Assembly (NCBI RefSeq): GCF_001194135.2
Contig: NC_069000.1
Location: forward strand, 9,024,292-9,088,291
Source of the DNA: Octopus bimaculoides
Taxonomy: Eukaryota
Direction: 5' to 3'
DNA length: 64,000 bases
Part shown: positions 1 to 13,892 of the stretch, piece after piece
How the letters are laid out: every line of letters starts with the position of its first letter
Numbering within the stretch: position 1 is the first letter of the stretch
The notes under the pieces: model-generated
What the model was told of the DNA's origin: nothing
Databases searched by the model: none
The model's input: only the letters and a program-made list of their open reading frames with translations
Program-made: the position numbers and the translations under genes

Positions 1-2238
1 TTCTTTTGAAGTCCTCATACCTCATGGAAAAGGAATAGGGTAGTTTTATTTATTTAGTTAAGTATCACTGATATTTCCAATTGTGAAAAAGATTTTTTTC
101 TCAAAACCTCCAGGCAGTGCTCCAGCATGGCCACAGTCAAATGACTGAAACAAGTAAAATAGTAAAAGAGTAGTTTGCATTTGTCTCCCACCCACCCCAA
201 CCCTTCCACCCCCTTTTNNNNNNNNNNGACAGTTATTTTAATACTCTCATCTTAAAAAAAGGTTCTCTCATTGGTGGCTTTTTTTTTTCCGTTTTGTTTT
301 TCTTTATACAGCTTTTAATCTAAGAAATTTCCAGTAATCTGAAACTAATCTAGCTTGCGTGTAATTAAAAATTCATAGAAGGAGCCTTCTGGAATAATCT
401 GGAGTAATCCAGTTCTGTATACAGCAGAGAAGAAGCCAAGCTCAGAAGTAAGCTGCTAACTAATGGTTACATGTGCAGTAGATTAAGTTATGCAAGTGAT
501 TTACTTCAATAATGATAGGTTTTAGAAGAAAGTAGGGGAGTGATAGGTGATTGCAAAGGGCTTTTTGTTGAGAACTGAACAAGAGTGCTAGGGGAGAAGA
601 AACACCTGGTCAACTCTGGTGAACGCAACCAATAGCAAAAAGGCTAAAATAAATAAAAAAAAATTTCGTATGTACCAACCTGTTCGTGACGACTGCCATC
701 AAATGAAATGATACCATGGAACTTATTGTTCAAAATGATTTCTGTGTGTATGGTTAAAGATGTAGTTCTTTGTTTAAAGTGTTCGAAGAAAGCACAAAAG
801 TGCAACTACAGTAGTAGAAGCAGTCCTGATCTAGTTTGTAAAAATGGATTTGGTAACTTATTGTTGTTTAGTCCTTGGTCATCCCTGAGAAAATGCACCT
901 GTATGCTTCAAGGCAATCCATCTTTTTTTTTTTTTTTTTTCTCATCTTCCAGTCTCATCTTTAAGTTCTTAAAGATGGTATGATCTGATATGAGGAAGAT
1001 TTAGCTGGTGTTTCTAAACTAAAATAGATACTGTCACTCTCTCTCTCATTGGCTTGTAGAGTAAAGCAACATGTTATTTAAGACTTGATCAGCCCTGATC
1101 AAGTTGACCAATAATCAAATGACAATCCATCTGTGACCATCTCATCATTTTTTCTTGTTTTTNNNNNNNNNNNNNNNNNNNNNNNNNNNNNNNNNNNNNN
1201 NNNNNNNNNNNNNNNNNNNNNNNNNNNNNNNNNNNNNNNNNNNNNNNNNNNNNNNNNNNNNNNNNNNNNNNNNNNNNNNNNNNNNNNNNNNNNNNNNNNN
1301 NNNNNNNNNNNNNNNNNNNNNNNNNNNNNNNNNNNNNNNNNNNNNNNNNNNNNNNNNNNNNNNNNNNNNNNNNNNNNNNNNNNNNNNNNNNNNNNNNNNN
1401 NNNNNNNNNNNNNNNNNNNNNNNNNNNNNNNNNNNNNNNNNNNNNNNNNNNNNNNNNNNNNNNNNNNNNNNNNNNNNNNNNNNNNNNNNNNNNNNNNNNN
1501 NNNNNNNNNNNNNNNNNNNNNNNNNNNNNNNNNNNNNNNNNNNNNNNNNNNNNNNNNNNNNNNNNNNNNNNNNNNNNNNNNNNNNNNNNNNNNNNNNNNN
1601 NNNNNNNNNNNNNNNNNNNNNNNNNNNNNNNNNNNNNNNNNNNNNNNNNNNNNNNNNNNNNNNNNNNNNNNNNNNNNNNNNNNNNNNNNNNNNNNNNNNN
1701 NNNNNNNNNNNNNNNNNNNNNNNNNNNNNNNNNNNNNNNNNNNNNNNNNNNNNNNNNNNNNNNNNNNNNNNNNNNNNNNNNNNNNNNNNNNNNNNNNNNN
1801 NNNNNNNNNNNNNNNNNNNNNNTATGTAGAAAGGTGGAGGCAGGCATTGCTGTGTGGTAAGAAATTTGCTTCCCAACCACATGGTTTCATGTTCATTCCC
1901 TCTGTGTGGCACCTTGGGTAAAATGACTTATACTGTAGCCCCGGGCTGACCAAATCCTTGAGAGTGGATTTGGTTGATGGAAACTGAAGAAGGCCTCTGT
2001 GTCTGTGTGTCGTCTTGACAGCATGTGATGGTTATGAATGATTGTCTCTGTCATTCAAAGAAATGTCATTTATTTCTAATATTCTGTGAGATCATGTCAG
2101 GCCATGGGAAAATATTACCTGATTTGGAAACGGGTGAGGAACAGGAAGGGCATCCAGCTGTAGAAAATCTGCTTCAATTAACTCCATCTGACCCATGCAA
2201 GCATGGGAAAGTGACCATTAAAAAAACAATGATGATGT

Positions 2239-2637
2239 TAGGCGCAGGAGTGGCTGTGTGGTAAGTAGCTTGCTTACCAACCACATGGTTCCGGGTTCAG
2301 TCCCACTGCGTAGTAACTTAGGCAATTGTCTTCTACTATAGCCTCGGGTTGACCAAAGCCTTGTGAGTGGATTTGATAGACGGAAACTGAAAGAAGCCCG
2401 TCGTATATATGTATATATATATATATATATATTTATGTGTGTCTGTGTTTGTCCCCCTAGCTTTGCTTGACAACTGAAGCTGGTGTGTTTATGTCCCCGT
2501 CACTTAGCGGTTCGGCAAAAGAGACCGATGGAATAAGTACTAGGCTTACAAAGAATAAGTCCCGGGGTCGATTTGCTCGACTAAAGGCGGTGCTCCAGCA
2601 TGGCCACAGTCAAATGACTGAAACCAGTAAAAGAGTA
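2239..2637 (+). mobile_element. tRNA-derived composite SINE, family A, near-intact young copy
   Basis: Head GCAGGAGTGGCTGTGTGGTAAG...GGTTCAGTCCC (A/B-box-like), central (TA)/(TG) tract, tail ...CCAGCATGGCCACAGTCAAATGACTGAAAC-AGTAAAAGAGTA. Many CpGs retained. Many homologous copies in the window. Confidence 0.9.
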
Positions 2638-5600
2638 AGTATTATAGATAAGAGATGCTGTATAAGAATTAGTAAATCAAGCATCAAAGAGTAAACTGAA
2701 ACTATAGACTAGTTTTAAATCCTTGAAAGAAACCTATTCAATTCACTTATGTTGTTAATGACCTTCTGAAAGATAAAGGTCATTAGCATCATTAACACAA
2801 TGTCTGCTTCATTCTTTTCCCTATGTAATGTATGGTGTTGCTGCTTAAACCTTTTGTTACCATATTTCTGTTAAAATACACAGCTTTTGTTTCAGTTAAT
2901 TGTTTCATAGCAAATTTATGGTCAAAAGGAACAAATTGTCTTTCATTTCAGTTTATATTGTATCCAAGAACGATACAATGCATTTGTTCTGCCTTTTTTT
3001 TTAAAGACTGTTAAAGTATGATTTTAAACCTTTTGTTGCCGTATTTCTGTTGAAATACACGTCTTTTGTTTAAATTAATTTTGGAAATACTGAAGAATTT
3101 AATAAAATAACTTGGTTATTAGCTGCGAAAGCTAACATTTGGAACATAAATTAACATGAAATTTTGATTGAAGGTTTTCATTTAGATCACTTTGAACATG
3201 AAATATCATAGAACTAAAGGGTACTCTTGGGTGGATTGTTATCTAAACAGTTAAACAGGGTGTATTGTATCTAAGATTCTTTCATCAAGTATGTTCTTTC
3301 TTTTATGACTGCTAAATTGTGATTTAACCCTTTTTAAGCATTTTTTTTTTTTGTTGAAATATCCTGCCTTAGTTTCTTCTCGTTTTTATTTACCCCCTCC
3401 CCAGATGTTGGGAACTTGAGGGTCACGTTTTCCAATGTCATTTTCCTAAGACTCTAGGATGTGGTTTGAGGGAGATTTGACTTATTTTCTGGTTGATCAA
3501 GTGACCAAGAGAAGAGAAGANNNNNNNNNNNNNNNNNNNNNNNNNNNNNNNNNNNNNNNNNNNNNNNNNNNNNNNNNNNNNNNNNNNNNNNNNNNNNNNN
3601 NNNNNNNNNNNNNNNNNNNNNNNNNNNNNNNNNNNNNNNNNNNNNNNNNNNNNNNNNNNNNNNNNNNNNNNNNNNNNNNNNNNNNNNNNNNNNNNNNNNN
3701 NNNNNNNNNNNNNNNNNNNNNNNNNNNNNNNNNNNNNNNNNNNNNNNNNNNNNNNNNNNNNNNNNNNNNNNNNNNNNNNNNNNNNNNNNNNNNNNNNNNN
3801 NNNNNNNNNNNNNNNNNNNNNNNNNNNNNNNNNNNNNNNNNNNNNNNNNNNNNNNNNNNNNNNNNNNNNNNNNNNNNNNNNNNNNNNNNNNNNNNNNNNN
3901 NNNNNNNNNNNNNNNNNNNNNNNNNNNNNNNNNNNNNNNNNNNNNNNNNNNNNNNNNNNNNNNNNNNNNNNNNNNNNNNNNNNNNNNNNNNNNNNNNNNN
4001 NNNNNNNNNNNNNNNNNNNNNNNNNNNNNNNNNNNNNNNNNNNNNNNNNNNNNNNNNNNNNNNNNNNNNNNAACGTAGAAATGTGGTGTGTAGCTTATGT
4101 TTATATTTTGACCAGGAAGTATGTTGTTGCTGTTGTATCTGAAGTGTTTGCATTTGTGTATTGGGGAGGAAGGAATATATATGTTTTTGTAGGAATTAGT
4201 AGTTGGTGTACATGAGATTGTGCTAGAGTGAGAGAGAGATTGTATTATGATTGTAACAAGAGGAATGATGGTGGTGGGGGCTGTAATGAGGTACACTTCC
4301 CTTTCTCGTTGAGGTGTGGCTTCCTTTCCTTTGGTTCTATGGGTTTGTATACATTTGTATGTGTGTGTGTGTGTGTTTGGGGAGAGTGATGGTGTATTAT
4401 GGCAGGCTTATTTCATTTTCCAACTACTAAATCCACTCAAAGTCCAGGGCTACAGTAACTGTGGAAGACACCCGCCCAAAGTGCTGTACCTTGTGACTGA
4501 ACCCTAAACCATGTGGCTGCCTGGCAATCTTACCTACACGACCATGCTTGCTCTTATGATACATTATCTGAACATGAAACTCAGAGTAACGATGTTTTAG
4601 GTTATATTAGGACTGTATCAAGCTAATAATTCCCTTTACGTCTGTATTGTACTTCCATTTCTTATTCTGATTCATGTAAGTTCTTTTGTGTGTATATGTG
4701 TTTATTCACATTCATTCACTCACTCACTCGCTTGCTCTTTCTTTCTTTCTCGTTTGCTCTCACACACTCATTCTGATCATTTTGAATGTGCTCTGTAATA
4801 TACTTCTTCAGTTTCATGTCACAACTTCATTCAACCCTTGCAGTTGTGCACAAACATGAATGAATACAACAGTCTCGGGCATACAGACATAATAGCAGGC
4901 AGAAACAGAAACTTTTTCACGCCCACATATACCCAGATGCCCCATACACTACACAAATGCTTGTCTACACCTAATTTTTTTCTCTGACACACACACACAC
5001 AAGTGTTTCCAATGAAGAGGAGCACTGATCAGTTTTAAGCAAAATGCTAATAATAATAATTTCCTTCGTCTTCCTTGGCATTCCTCCAACTCTTTTCCCT
5101 TTAAATTCACTCAATCCATCCATCCATCTGTCTATCTATTCATCCATCCAGCTGGCTGTCTGTCTATGCCCCCCCTCTCTCTCTATCTGGCTTTCTTTAT
5201 TCTCCCAAGGGGGTGAGCCCATTTAATTGAAATTACTCTCTCTTCTTTCACCTGTTCTTCCTTTCAGTATTTACACACCTGTTGTCTTTCCTTCCCCACT
5301 GCCCCACCTGTGTGTATTGGAAGTTTTTCATAACCTTCTCACCTTGAACTTGCTTTTTTCTTTTCTATTCTTTTTCAGGAAATATGCATGCTCTTACCCT
5401 CCCTCTCTCTCTTTCTTCCTTTCNNNNNNNNNNNNNNNNNNNNNNNNNNNNNNNNNNNNNNNNNNNNNNNNNNNNNNNNNNNNNNNNNNNNNNNNNNNNN
5501 NNNNNNNNNNNNNNNNNNNNNNNNNNNNNNNNNNNNNNNNNNNNNNNNNNNNNNNNNNNNNNNNNNNNNNNNNNNNNNNNNNNNNNNNNNNCCCCGTCTC

Positions 5601-5844
5601 CCTCGCTCTCTCTGCCCCCTCTCTCTCTCTCTGCCCCCCTCTTTCTGTTAGAATTTGCTGCATGGGAGTGTACTATATCTCCTCATTTTGAAAGCGTGTT
5701 AAGAAGTTCCTAGGTCAATTCTTGATGGAGCACATCTAAGATAAAAGTGTTCTAACCACGACCATCCTGTCAATTTTTATTTTTTTCTCAGATTTTTCAG
5801 ACGTATTTGTGTATCTCGTAGAAGTATAACCAATTTATTGCACA

Positions 5845-6260
5845 TAGGCGCAGGAGTGGCTGTGTGGTAAGAAGCTTGCTTCCCAACCACATGGTTCCAG
5901 GTTCAGTCCTACTGTATGGCACCGTGGGCAAGTGTCTTCTACTATAGCCTTGTGTTGACCAAAGTCTTGTGAGTGGATTTGGTAGACGGAAACTGAAAGA
6001 AGCCCATAGTATATATATGTATGTATATATATATATATGTATGTATGTATATGTGTGTCTGTGTTTGTCCCCCCGCCATTGCTTGACACCAATGTTGGTG
6101 TGTTTACATCCCCATAACTTAGTGGTTCGGCAAAAGAGACCAGTAGAATTTAAGTACTAGGCTTACAAAGAATAAGTCCTGGGGTCGATTTGTTCGACTA
6201 AAGGCGGTGCTCCAGCATGGCCACAGTCAAATGACTGAAACAAGAAAAAGAATAAAAGAA
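5845..6260 (+). mobile_element. SINE family A, full-length
   Basis: Colinear with 2239-2637. Confidence 0.9.
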
Positions 6261-7831
6261 TGTGTTTTAACAACAAAATTTTATATGGACCCTGGTAGGG
6301 AACAAACTGATCTAGGGATTTGAGAGGGAGAGAGAGAGAGAGAGAGAGACAGAGAGAGGGAAGGAAGTGACAGATAAATACAAACATGTTCCAACAGAGA
6401 AAACAGATTGTTATCAGAGTAAACATTGTTCTGTTTATTGATAATTATCAATCAAAATCTTCTTGTCTGTGTGTGTGTGTGTATGTGTTTTGATTCCAGT
6501 CCATTCACCTACTGGGTCCCTCCTCNNNNNNNNNNNNNNNNNNNNNNNNNNNNNNNNNNNNNNNNNNNNNNNNNNNNNNNNNNNNNNNNNNNNNNNNNNN
6601 NNNNNNNNNNNNNNNNNNNNNNNNNNNNNNNNNNNNNNNNNNNNNNNNNNNNNNNNNNNNNNNNNNNNNNNNNNNNNNNNNNNNNNNNNNNNNNNNNNNN
6701 NNNNNNNNNNNNNNNNNNNNNNNNNNNNNNNNNNNNNNNNNNNNNNNNNNNNNNNNNNNNNNNNNNNNNNNNNNNNNNNNNNNNNNNNNNNNNNNNNNNN
6801 NNNNNNNNNNNNNNNNNNNNNNNNNNNNNNNNNNNNNNNNNNNNNNNNNNNNNNNNNNNNNNNNNNNNNNNNNNNNNNNNNNNNNNNNNNNNNNNNNNNN
6901 NNNNNNNNNNNNNNNNNNNNNNNNNNNNNNNNNNNNNNNNNNNNNNNNNNNNNNNNNNNNNNNNNNNNNNNNNNNNNNNNNNNNNNNNNNNNNNNNNNNN
7001 NNNNNNNNNNNNNNNNNNNNNNNNNNNNNNNNNNNNNNNNNNNNNNNNNNNNNNNNNNNNNNNNNNNNNNNNNNNNNNNNNNNNNNNNNNNNNNNNNNNN
7101 NNNNNNNNNNNNNNNNNNNNNNNNNNNNNNNNNNNNNNNNNNNNNNNNNNNNNNNNNNNNNNNNNNNNNNNNNNNNNNNNNNNNNNNNNNNNNNNNCTCT
7201 CTCACACACACACACACACACACGTAGACATACTCTCTCTCTCTTTCTCTCACACACATAGACATACTCTCTCTCTCTTTCTCTCACACACAGACATACT
7301 CTCTCTCTCTTTCTCTCACACACATAGACATACTCTCTCTCTCTTTCTCTCACACACATAGACATACACACTCTCTCACATGTAGACATATACACTCTCT
7401 CTCTCTCTCTCTTTCCCCCTCATACACACACTCACTGCCACTATATCTCCCTCTCTTCTATGCATACACACTATCACTCTCTCTGTTTCTTACACAAATC
7501 TCTCCCCAAAGGCTATAATCTTTGGATGAATATGACACAAGGGAGTTATCCGAAGTTAATGGTGCAGATGAATATTCAAAGACCTTCTATTCGGATCGGT
7601 TTTGATGCAAAGAAATATTTAAAGATCTTTCTTTTTTACTTTTTTTATCAAAAACATTTAAAGATATTAACTTTCAGTTCCACATGGAGCAAGTAACAAA
7701 TTCTCTGGAAACCTTGCCTTTGGATCAATGTGGAACAAAGGAGTATCCAAATATCTTATCTTTGGATAAAAATGGCACAAGGGGGGGGGGAGTAATCCAA
7801 AGTACCATCATTAGTATTATCATTTATCATA

Positions 7832-8090
7832 AAGGCAGCGAGCTGGCAGAATCGTTAGCANNNNNNNNNNNNNNNNNNNNNNNNNNNNNNNNNNNNNNNN
7901 NNAAATGCTTAGTGGTATTTCATCTGCCGCTATGTTCTGAGTTCGAATTCTGCCGAGGTCGACTTTGCGTTTCATCCTTTCAGGTTCAATAAATTAAGTA
8001 CCAGTTGCGTACTGGGGGTTGATCTAATCGAATGACCCCCTCCTCCTCCCCAAAAATTTTGGGCCTTGTGCCTAGAGTAGAAAAGAATAT
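7832..8090 (+). mobile_element. tRNA-derived SINE family B
   Basis: AAGGCAGCGAGCTGGCAGAATCGTTAGCA...GAGTTCGAATTC...GGCCTTGTGCC; many copies in the window (e.g. 18425, 27331, 34029, 39690, 48445). Confidence 0.85.
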
Positions 8091-8171
8091 TTCATTAGAA
8101 ACACCAGTCTCTAATGAATCAAAAAATATAATTTTGACTCAAAATCTTTAACACCATCGTTTCATCTACAC

Positions 8172-8755
8172 CAGTGGTTCTGCACCATTTTTTTTTTACC
8201 TATGGACTTATTTTGATTCCTATTTTACTCAGATGGACCTTCTTAACCATTCGATGTTAAAAAAAAAAAAATCCCATTCTATTTTTATAAGTAAATAAGT
8301 GCATTGTAGTTTGCATGAAGCATTGTAGTTTGCTTGAAGCATTGTATCAATAGTACTGAAGAAGGGAAAGAAAAGGGACATAAGAAAGCTCCTAACAATG
8401 CAGAAAGTTTAACAAAATCCTTTATATTTCAGCTACAAAGGCCCATCCTCAGAAGGAAGCAATTTGGAAAAATTGGTGTAACTGGACATTTCCCCAACTG
8501 CTTCCCCTTCTGAGGATGCACCTTTGCACCTAAAATATAAAGGTTTTTGTAAGACTTTCTTCGTTGTTAGAAGCTTTCTTATGTCCTTTTTCTTTTCTTT
8601 CATAAGTAAATATTATTAAGAATTAGATAAAGAAAATTGCTAAAATATTTTGTGCATTATAGAATTATTACCAATTTCTTGCACATAAATTTTGAACCAG
8701 CAAAATCTTATATAAACCCCACAAGGGCCATATGGACCCATGTTGAGAAACACTG
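8172..8755. mobile_element. hAT-like MITE hosting a foldback element
   Basis: Ends CAGTGGTTCTGCAC ... GTTGAGAAACACTG (imperfect hAT-type TIRs); TSD not clean. Confidence 0.5.
8356..8602. repeat. About 245-bp foldback (long inverted repeat, MITE-like), TA-flanked
   Basis: 8361-8472 pairs with 8488-8601 (e.g. GGACATAAGAAAGCTCCTAACAA / TTGTTAGAAGCTTTCTTATGTCC), with a short loop. Confidence 0.85.
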
Positions 8756-11285
8756 GATTCTACATGATGACTATGGAGACTGCACAACAACAGCGCTTCC
8801 ATTACTTATAATATGTGGCATCGTAACTTGTTTGTAGAGAGAAGAGAAGGAAATAGGTCTGCTGTTATAGATTTCTACCAAAAAGAGCTAAAAATAGTCA
8901 CAGAAAAGTTTGTATAAGCAAAAGAACTTTCTCAACATATCTCACAATGTCTGGCAAGTAATTGGTACTAAAAAGAAAAAAAAAATAATCATAGATGATG
9001 ATGGAGTTTGGAGTAAAGTAAAGTAAAGAATAAAAATAAAAGGCGGGTGAGGGATAAATAGGTAAGATAAAGGAAGGAAAAAATACATAAAAGTTGAATA
9101 AGAAGAAATTTATGTATAAAAAAAAAAAAGAAGTTAAATAGCGAACTATAATTGGAAAACATTTCTGGATATTTTAATAGCAGAATTATTTTGGTAAAAA
9201 GAATATTGTGTGTGTGTGTGCATTTGAATGAGAGAATATGTGTCTGGTATGTACATTTTCTATTGTAATGTCTGTCCTTATATATATTGTGGAATATGCG
9301 AATGTATGTCTCTGTATGCTTATCATGTATGTGCATGGGAGTATGTATGCTCGATTTGATGTCTGTATCTATCTTTCTATCTGCCTCTCTCTCTCTTTCA
9401 GTATGTGTATCTGTGTATGCATGTGTGTATGTGTGTGTGTACGCACACATATATACTCTTTTGTTTGTGTACAATCTAGCTGTTTTCTTGTAAAGGTCAA
9501 ACTACACCCACACACATCATACCATGTACACACACACAAACACAAACACGCCTCCCCCTCATCACCCACCTCCCACACTTTGATGAAGATTCAAGCAATT
9601 TCAGCATCTTTTATGAGACATGATTGCCTGTATGTTAACTAACAACAATTACCAATCCTCCCTCCCTCCCTCCTCCTCATCTGGCCACCAACCAACTTTT
9701 ACCAAACCCAACAACCTGCACATATTGTTGGCAAACTCTTACAGCATGGTGTCTTTTGCTGGTATTTCGCTGTGTAAGAAGAATTCTCATCATTCTAAGT
9801 TTCTAAGCCAAATAAGGCTTGTCTTTCTGTTTGTGTTTTTTTTTGTTTTTTTGATCATCGTTAGTTATCAATCCAAGAACTAAACGCAACCATTCGGCAG
9901 AATCATTAGAGCATTGGACAGAATTCCTGGTGGTGTTTCTTAAGGCTTTCTGTGTTCTCAGTCCAAATCCCACCCAAAGTCAGCTTTGTTTTTCATCCCT
10001 CTGGGATCAGTAGAATAAAGTACCCGTCAATTACTGAGGGGTGGGGATGGGGTGCTTGGTGAAGTCAACTAATCTCAATCCAAAATTGCTGTCATTATTG
10101 CTGAAATTGGAAACATCGTTACAAGGACTGCTTAATGTCATCATCATCATCATTAACTTTAGTTTTCTCTCTCTCTCTATCTTTGGTTCTCTCTCTCTCT
10201 CTCTGGTTCCTTCTCCCTGTGTCTCTTTCTCTCTCCTGGTTCATTCTCTTTCTTTGAGGTTCCCTTTCTTCTATATCTCTTGCTCTCTCACTCTCTCTCT
10301 GCCTGTTTCGATGACTTTTCCTCTTTGTCCGCCTGTTTTTCTCTCTCTTTCTATTTCTCGCTATTTTTCCCTTTCTGTCTCTCCCTCTCTTTCCCTTTTT
10401 CTGTCTCTCTCCCACTCTCCCTCTCTCATCTACTACAAACATCAATGCACCTGTTTGAACATGCATGCACACCTGAGTGCCTGAGTGCCAAGTCCATGGA
10501 TGCACTTGAGACTTCATAGCAAAAGGAAAACCAAGTGGTTAGGGTCAGGTGCTAACCATTATCATGATTGAGGTGGTGTTTATTTTGATAAAACTTTTCT
10601 TTCTTCCCTTTTCAAGGTGACCCTTTTAAATCTTTTATTTTTAATCTATTTTATTTATTAGATCTAACATTCAATACAAAGGGATGTACCCCCACCAACC
10701 ACCACCACCACCATTTGCATCTGCTATTTGATGTTACTTGGCAGGTTTATACTATAAACAGTGACAGGAGCTGGAGGGGAAGGTGGTGGCAGGTGGAGGA
10801 AGGAGTGATTGCTATCNNNNNNNNNNNNNNNNNNNNNNNNNNNNNNNNNNNNNNNNNNNNNNNNNNNNNNNNNNNNNNNNNNNNNNNNNNNNNNNNNNNN
10901 NNNNNNNNNNNNNNNNNNNNNNNNNNNNNNNNNNNNNNNNNNNNNNNNNNNNNNNNNNNNNNNNNNNNNNNNNNNNNNNNNNNNNNNNNNNNNNNNNNNN
11001 NNNNNNNNNNNNNNNNNNNNNNNNNNNNNNNNNNNNNNNNNNNNNACCACCAGCCTCTTGCCCCCCCCCCCACCTTCTCATTTGTATTACTGTGCAACTG
11101 GTTGAAGGAAAACAAAGCCAAGACTTAATAATTATCTACTATAATAATACTCTTGTGGGTTTCTCCGTCACAACATATGAGTGAGAAAGGAAGGGGGTGA
11201 TAGATGAATAAGGAAGGAAGGGGTGATGGCAAACTGGTAGTGGAATGGTGAGCATTCAATGCTGAAAAGAAAAAAATCAGTGTGA

Positions 11286-11317
<32 letters not shown>

Positions 11318-11391
11318 CTGTGTGCATGTACAAGGGAGGTATGTGAATTTATATGAACAATAAGTGTATTAACTTGCTTTACCATCCATAT

Positions 11392-11538
11392 TTGGCATTA
11401 GGAAGGGCATCCNNNNNNNNNNTCTGCCAAATCAGATTGGAGCCTGGTGTAGCCATCTGGTTTCACCAGTCCTCAGTCAAATCGTCCAACCCATGCCAGC
11501 ATGGAAAGCGGACGTTAAACGATGATGATGATGATGAT
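11392..11538 (+). mobile_element. SINE/LINE 3' tail family C with (GAT)n end
   Basis: AGGAAGGGCATCC...AACCCATGCCAGCATGGAAAGCGGACGTTAAAC(GAT)n; CpGs intact. Homologues at 24560, 26445, 35150, 37705, 42900 and 54688. Confidence 0.8.
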
Positions 11539-11699
11539 TTATGTATAAAATATTACAATTAGCCATCATTTTTGACAGCATGGGGCCAGCTAGTAATAAT
11601 AATAATGATGATGATGATGATTTCAAATTTTGGCACTAGGCCAGCAATTTCGGGGGCCGTGGGTGAAGTTAATTACATCAACTCCAGTACACAACAGTT

Positions 11700-12102
11700 G
11701 AGCACCATCTCCATTTAGTTACTATCACCAATCCCACTTAGCTTCGACCCAACCATTGTTACTACCATTACCACAATCACTTCAACTACCACCTCACTAC
11801 TATGACAACACTACAACTATCCCCGTGCCATCACCACCACCACAGCGACACCACTGCACCACTATCACTACCATGATAGCAAAACCACCACAATTCCACC
11901 ACCACCACTACCTCTGCCATGACACCACCACCACCACCATCTCTGCCATGACAATACAACCATCACCAACACCAACAACAACAGCACCAAAACCCCATCA
12001 TAATACAACCACCAACACCACTGCCGTCACAACACAACCACCACCATCACGACACAGCCACCACCATCGCGACACAGCCACCACCATCGCGAAACAACCA
12101 CC
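11700..12102. repeat. Degenerate (CAC/ACC)n low-complexity tract
   Basis: Visible trinucleotide periodicity running into an N gap; explains the Thr/His/Pro-rich ORF 11756-12862. Confidence 0.8.
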
Positions 12103-13677
12103 NNNNNNNNNNNNNNNNNNNNNNNNNNNNNNNNNNNNNNNNNNNNNNNNNNNNNNNNNNNNNNNNNNNNNNNNNNNNNNNNNNNNNNNNNNNNNNNNNN
12201 NNNNNNNNNNNNNNNNNNNNNNNNNNNNNNNNNNNNNNNNNNNNNNNNNNNNNNNNNNNNNNNNNNNNNNNNNNNNNNNNNNNNNNNNNNNNNNNNNNNN
12301 NNNNNNNNNNNNNNNNNNNNNNNNNNNNNNNNNNNNNNNNNNNNNNNNNNNNNNNNNNNNNNNNNNNNNNNNNNNNNNNNNNNNNNNNNNNNNNNNNNNN
12401 NNNNNNNNNNNNNNNNNNNNNNNNNNNNNNNNNNNNNNNNNNNNNNNNNNNNNNNNNNNNNNNNNNNNNNNNNNNNNNNNNNNNNNNNNNNNNNNNNNNN
12501 NNNNNNNNNNNNNNNNNNNNNNNNNNNNNNNNNNNNNNNNNNNNNNNNNNNNNNNNNNNNNNNNNNNNNNNNNNNNNNNNNNNNNNNNNNNNNNNNNNNN
12601 NNNGAGGATTCAGCGTTGGTGGATGCTTAGGAAGAAGAAACTGGCTGCAGTGCATAACGATGTGTCACTTCCTTCTTCTTTGAGATGTAATAAGATGCAG
12701 CTTTTGAAGGAGGGAGGGAGGGAGGGGGTTGTAGTTGTTGTTTCATTCCAGGGGCCAGTCTTGATTCAAGAAATGCCTTTTATGACGAAAAGGCATTCCA
12801 GTCAGGACCATCTCTTTTTGTACATCAGGGGACTATGTTGTCCAATGTGTTCTTTGTTTTAAAATGGCAGTGTGTGATTTGAGGGAGATTTTGACTGCTA
12901 TATCTATCAAGTTAACCTACCACATTGGCTTGTGTTATGTACATCTTTGAGTAGTTGTAAGGTGTAATAGTGATTGTTGTTGTTGTTTTAGCCCCAGGTC
13001 AACCTTGGTCAAGCAAACCTGAATCAAAGGCATTCCAGCTATAATCATCCCGTTTTGTTTTGTTTTGTTTTTTTCATATGTGCAGGGAACTTAGAACCAC
13101 ATTATCCAATATACCTTTTTTTTTTTTGCTTCTTAATCATATAATGTGATTTATGTTGGGATTTGGTTGTTATTTCTAGCATGATGTGCTATTTTCAGAG
13201 TGCTAGGAGTTGATAACTCCCTGCACACATATCATATATTACTAGATAAATCATTGATAAGACTATTTTTTATCACCTGTATAAGTAGTGATTATTTATT
13301 CTTGTTCACTCAATCATGAAACACGCACACACACGTGTGTGTGTGTGTGTGTGACATGTCCTTTTATCTATGAACTAGACAACTGCACAATTACCATAAT
13401 AGCTGGGTGTTTAGACAGTTGAGTATTGTTTATACCAGTATTTCTCAAACTTTTATTAACTATTGTCCCTCCCCCCTTTTTTTTTTTTATACAAGCACTC
13501 CTTTCAGTGTCCCCTTATTACAATTCAACTAAATGAAATACACCCACAAAACCTTGCTGCCAACTGGTTGATCACCATTAAGAAGACTTCTTGCACACAA
13601 CAAGCCATTTTATCAATATGGTTCAACTAGATTAAATACACCACAACACCTTGCTCCTGACAGGTGATTACCATTAA

Positions 13678-13892
13678 CCCCTTACAAACGGGAAGCGGTA
13701 CTGACCACATTGAAACACTGTGTGAGCAGTGCAATGTCTCACCCTGTGCAGCACCATGCTTTCAGATACACCACACTAAGAGGAATTGGTAAATATGCTG
13801 TAAAATTCCTTGTATGAAAAATGATGTAGTTACTGAACGACCTAATATTGGTGCACAGCACCGACTGTCAGTATTGAATCCATCTGCAAGGG
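13678..13892 (+). mobile_element. Internally deleted piggyBac element retaining the transposase C-terminal Cys-rich domain
   Basis: TTAA at 13674-77 and 13893-96. TIRs CCCCTTACAAACGG / CCATCTGCAAGGG. 13721-13792 encodes CEQCNVSPCAAPCFQIHHTKRNW*. Confidence 0.8.

Noticed and set aside
680-885. Minus-strand exon-like segment with good acceptor
   Set aside because: Stops in all three frames; no convincing product.
11756-12862. Thr/Pro/His-rich mucin-like ORF
   Set aside because: Degenerate (CAC)n tract plus gap; no splice or start context.
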